Below, in pieces: positions 62,719 through 64,000 of a stretch of 64,000 nt of DNA. The stretch's first letter is position 1. Each line of letters begins with the position of its first letter. The stretch is from a virus, in IMG/VR virus record IMGVR_UViG_3300031772_000007, positions 29,826 to 93,825 of that record; one strand, written 5' to 3'. The notes under the pieces are model-generated. The model searched no databases and was not told the DNA's origin. It worked only from the letters and a program-made list of their open reading frames with translations. Made by a program: the position numbers and the translations under genes.

Positions 62719-62947
62719 GCTGTACCCCCTGCTTTCGCGCGAGATACCCCGCCAGGATGAGGCAGGGCTCGCAGTAGATGCCTTCCACGCTCACGTCCTT
62801 GTCGCTCTCGACGCGGAAGAACCGCGTCGGGGTCGGCTCCCTGCCGTCCAGCCGAAACAGCTCTGGGGCTCGATGCCCGGACCGGCACCACCGCATCAGA
62901 GGGGAAGGCACCTCGGAGACGGTGGTGTCGGCCTTGGGGGGCATCAT
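62705..62947 (-). CDS. Hypothetical protein
   Basis: Preceded by GTGACA-17 bp-TAGAGT. Confidence 0.5.
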   Translation of the reverse strand: MMPPKADTTVSEVPSPLMRWCRSGHRAPELFRLDGREPTPTRFFRVESDKDVSVEGIYCEPCLILAGYLARKQGVQHGSG

Positions 62948-62982
62948 GGGCGGTCAGACTCTACCGCCCCACCCGGCTACTG

Positions 62983-63999
62983 TCACTGAAGCGCGAAGAA
63001 GTCGAAGATTTCCTTGTTCTTCACTTCGCTGTACGGGGTGATGTGGGTGGTGTCCGTCTCGGCGTACTCGTTCCCGGCGAAGCTCGCCAGGGTGCCGGGG
63101 TGCCGGAGGACGCCGCGCCAGTAGACCCACAGGTTCTTCCCGTTGTCGGTGCCGTCGAGAGTGTAGCTGATGCCGCCCGGCAGCAGGTGGCTGACGCCCG
63201 CCGGGGCGGTGATGGACAGCCGCTCGATGGTGCGGACCACGTTGGACGCCGCGATGGCGTCCGCGAGCTTCTGGATGCTGGCGGTGATGACCTCGCCAGG
63301 CACCAGACCCACGTTCGTCTTGCCGGGGTCGATGTAGGCTCGGTCGCCAATCTGCGCGTTCAGGGTGTTGAACGCTTCGACGACGCTCGGGGTCGCGTCG
63401 GGCAGGTTGACGAACGGGAAGTAGTTGGTCAGGTTGGTCAGGTAGCCGTTCAGCGAGGTGTCGCCGTCCACCGTCCCAACGGTGGTCCTGATGTCCTCCA
63501 CGTCCTGCCGCAAGTCCGCGTCGGTGGCGAGCCCCTGGCTCATCGTCACGCGGAGGTCGGTGTCCCCGAAGTTGTCGAGGCGCTTGCGGTAGCCGTAGGC
63601 GAGGTCCACCGCACCCGCGTTGAGCGCTTCCCAGGTGTACGCAACGGAGGTGGACAGGTCCGCGCCGATGGCGACCGAGTAGAACTTCACGTCCACGGAG
63701 TCCGGCGAGAAGCCGCCTGCGCCTCCCAACATGCCCGCGAGGGTCAGCCCGGTGGTGCCGGTTTGGGTGAGGAGGATGTTGCCCTGCGCGCCCACGTTGT
63801 CGTTGGTCAGACCGACCAGCGCAACAACCGGAGCAGCCGCAGTCACCTTCAGAGCCGCACCGACTCCGTTGATGGCGGTCTGGATGAGCGCAGCCATCGC
63901 CGCCGCCGTCTCGACGCCCGTGTAGACGACCGCGACGTTCCCAGGAGTGACGCCGCCACCATTGATGTCGAACTCGAAGATGGTGGGCGGGTTGATGGT
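62983..63999 (-). CDS. Partial virion structural protein (starts beyond the window)
   Basis: Frame open to the edge (TINPPTIFEFDINGGG...). Confidence 0.7.
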   Translation of the reverse strand, partial: TINPPTIFEFDINGGGVTPGNVAVVYTGVETAAAMAALIQTAINGVGAALKVTAAAPVVALVGLTNDNVGAQGNILLTQTGTTGLTLAGMLGGAGGFSPDSVDVKFYSVAIGADLSTSVAYTWEALNAGAVDLAYGYRKRLDNFGDTDLRVTMSQGLATDADLRQDVEDIRTTVGTVDGDTSLNGYLTNLTNYFPFVNLPDATPSVVEAFNTLNAQIGDRAYIDPGKTNVGLVPGEVITASIQKLADAIAASNVVRTIERLSITAPAGVSHLLPGGISYTLDGTDNGKNLWVYWRGVLRHPGTLASFAGNEYAETDTTHITPYSEVKNKEIFDFFALQ

Positions 64000-64000
64000 G

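Noticed and set aside
1-64000. tRNA, rRNA, CRISPR array, integrase/att site, alternative genetic code
   Set aside because: None recognised by eye; genes read intact in the standard code with all three stop codons in use.

Overview
This window is 64 kb of a GC-rich tailed dsDNA phage genome (Caudoviricetes). DAG/DGG-rich secreted proteins suggest a myxobacterial host, which is an inference. Almost every real gene is on the minus strand. In transcription order (right to left) the modules are: tail/virion genes (64-56 kb); a lysis cassette (amidase, holin, overlapping spanins); a lone plus-strand Holliday-junction resolvase; an AT-rich early promoter; early genes separated by conserved hairpins (MoxR AAA ATPase, metallopeptidase-vWA, sigma factor); a replication/recombination block (SF2 helicase, initiator with internal iterons, DnaB-like helicase, primase, UDG-PolA with an HNH intein, UvsY/SSB/RecA, Mre11/Rad50, dTMP kinase); a thymidine-hypermodification cluster (PLP enzyme, amino-acid:DNA transferase, P-loop kinase, two ParB proteins, radical SAM, Dam); arrays of small orphan genes; terminase; peptide deformylase; portal; minor head protein; HNH. 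The most striking unexplained signal is a peptide motif, [DE]-A-[AV]-x-R-L-x-G, present in close to 30 proteins (15 strict copies, the rest near-matches). It ends a hypervariable family of small paralogs in exact register, occurs in unannotated membrane micro-proteins, and sits in linkers or tails of the primase and both helicases. No integrase, tRNA or CRISPR array was seen. All calls come from reading motifs by eye; no database search was run.
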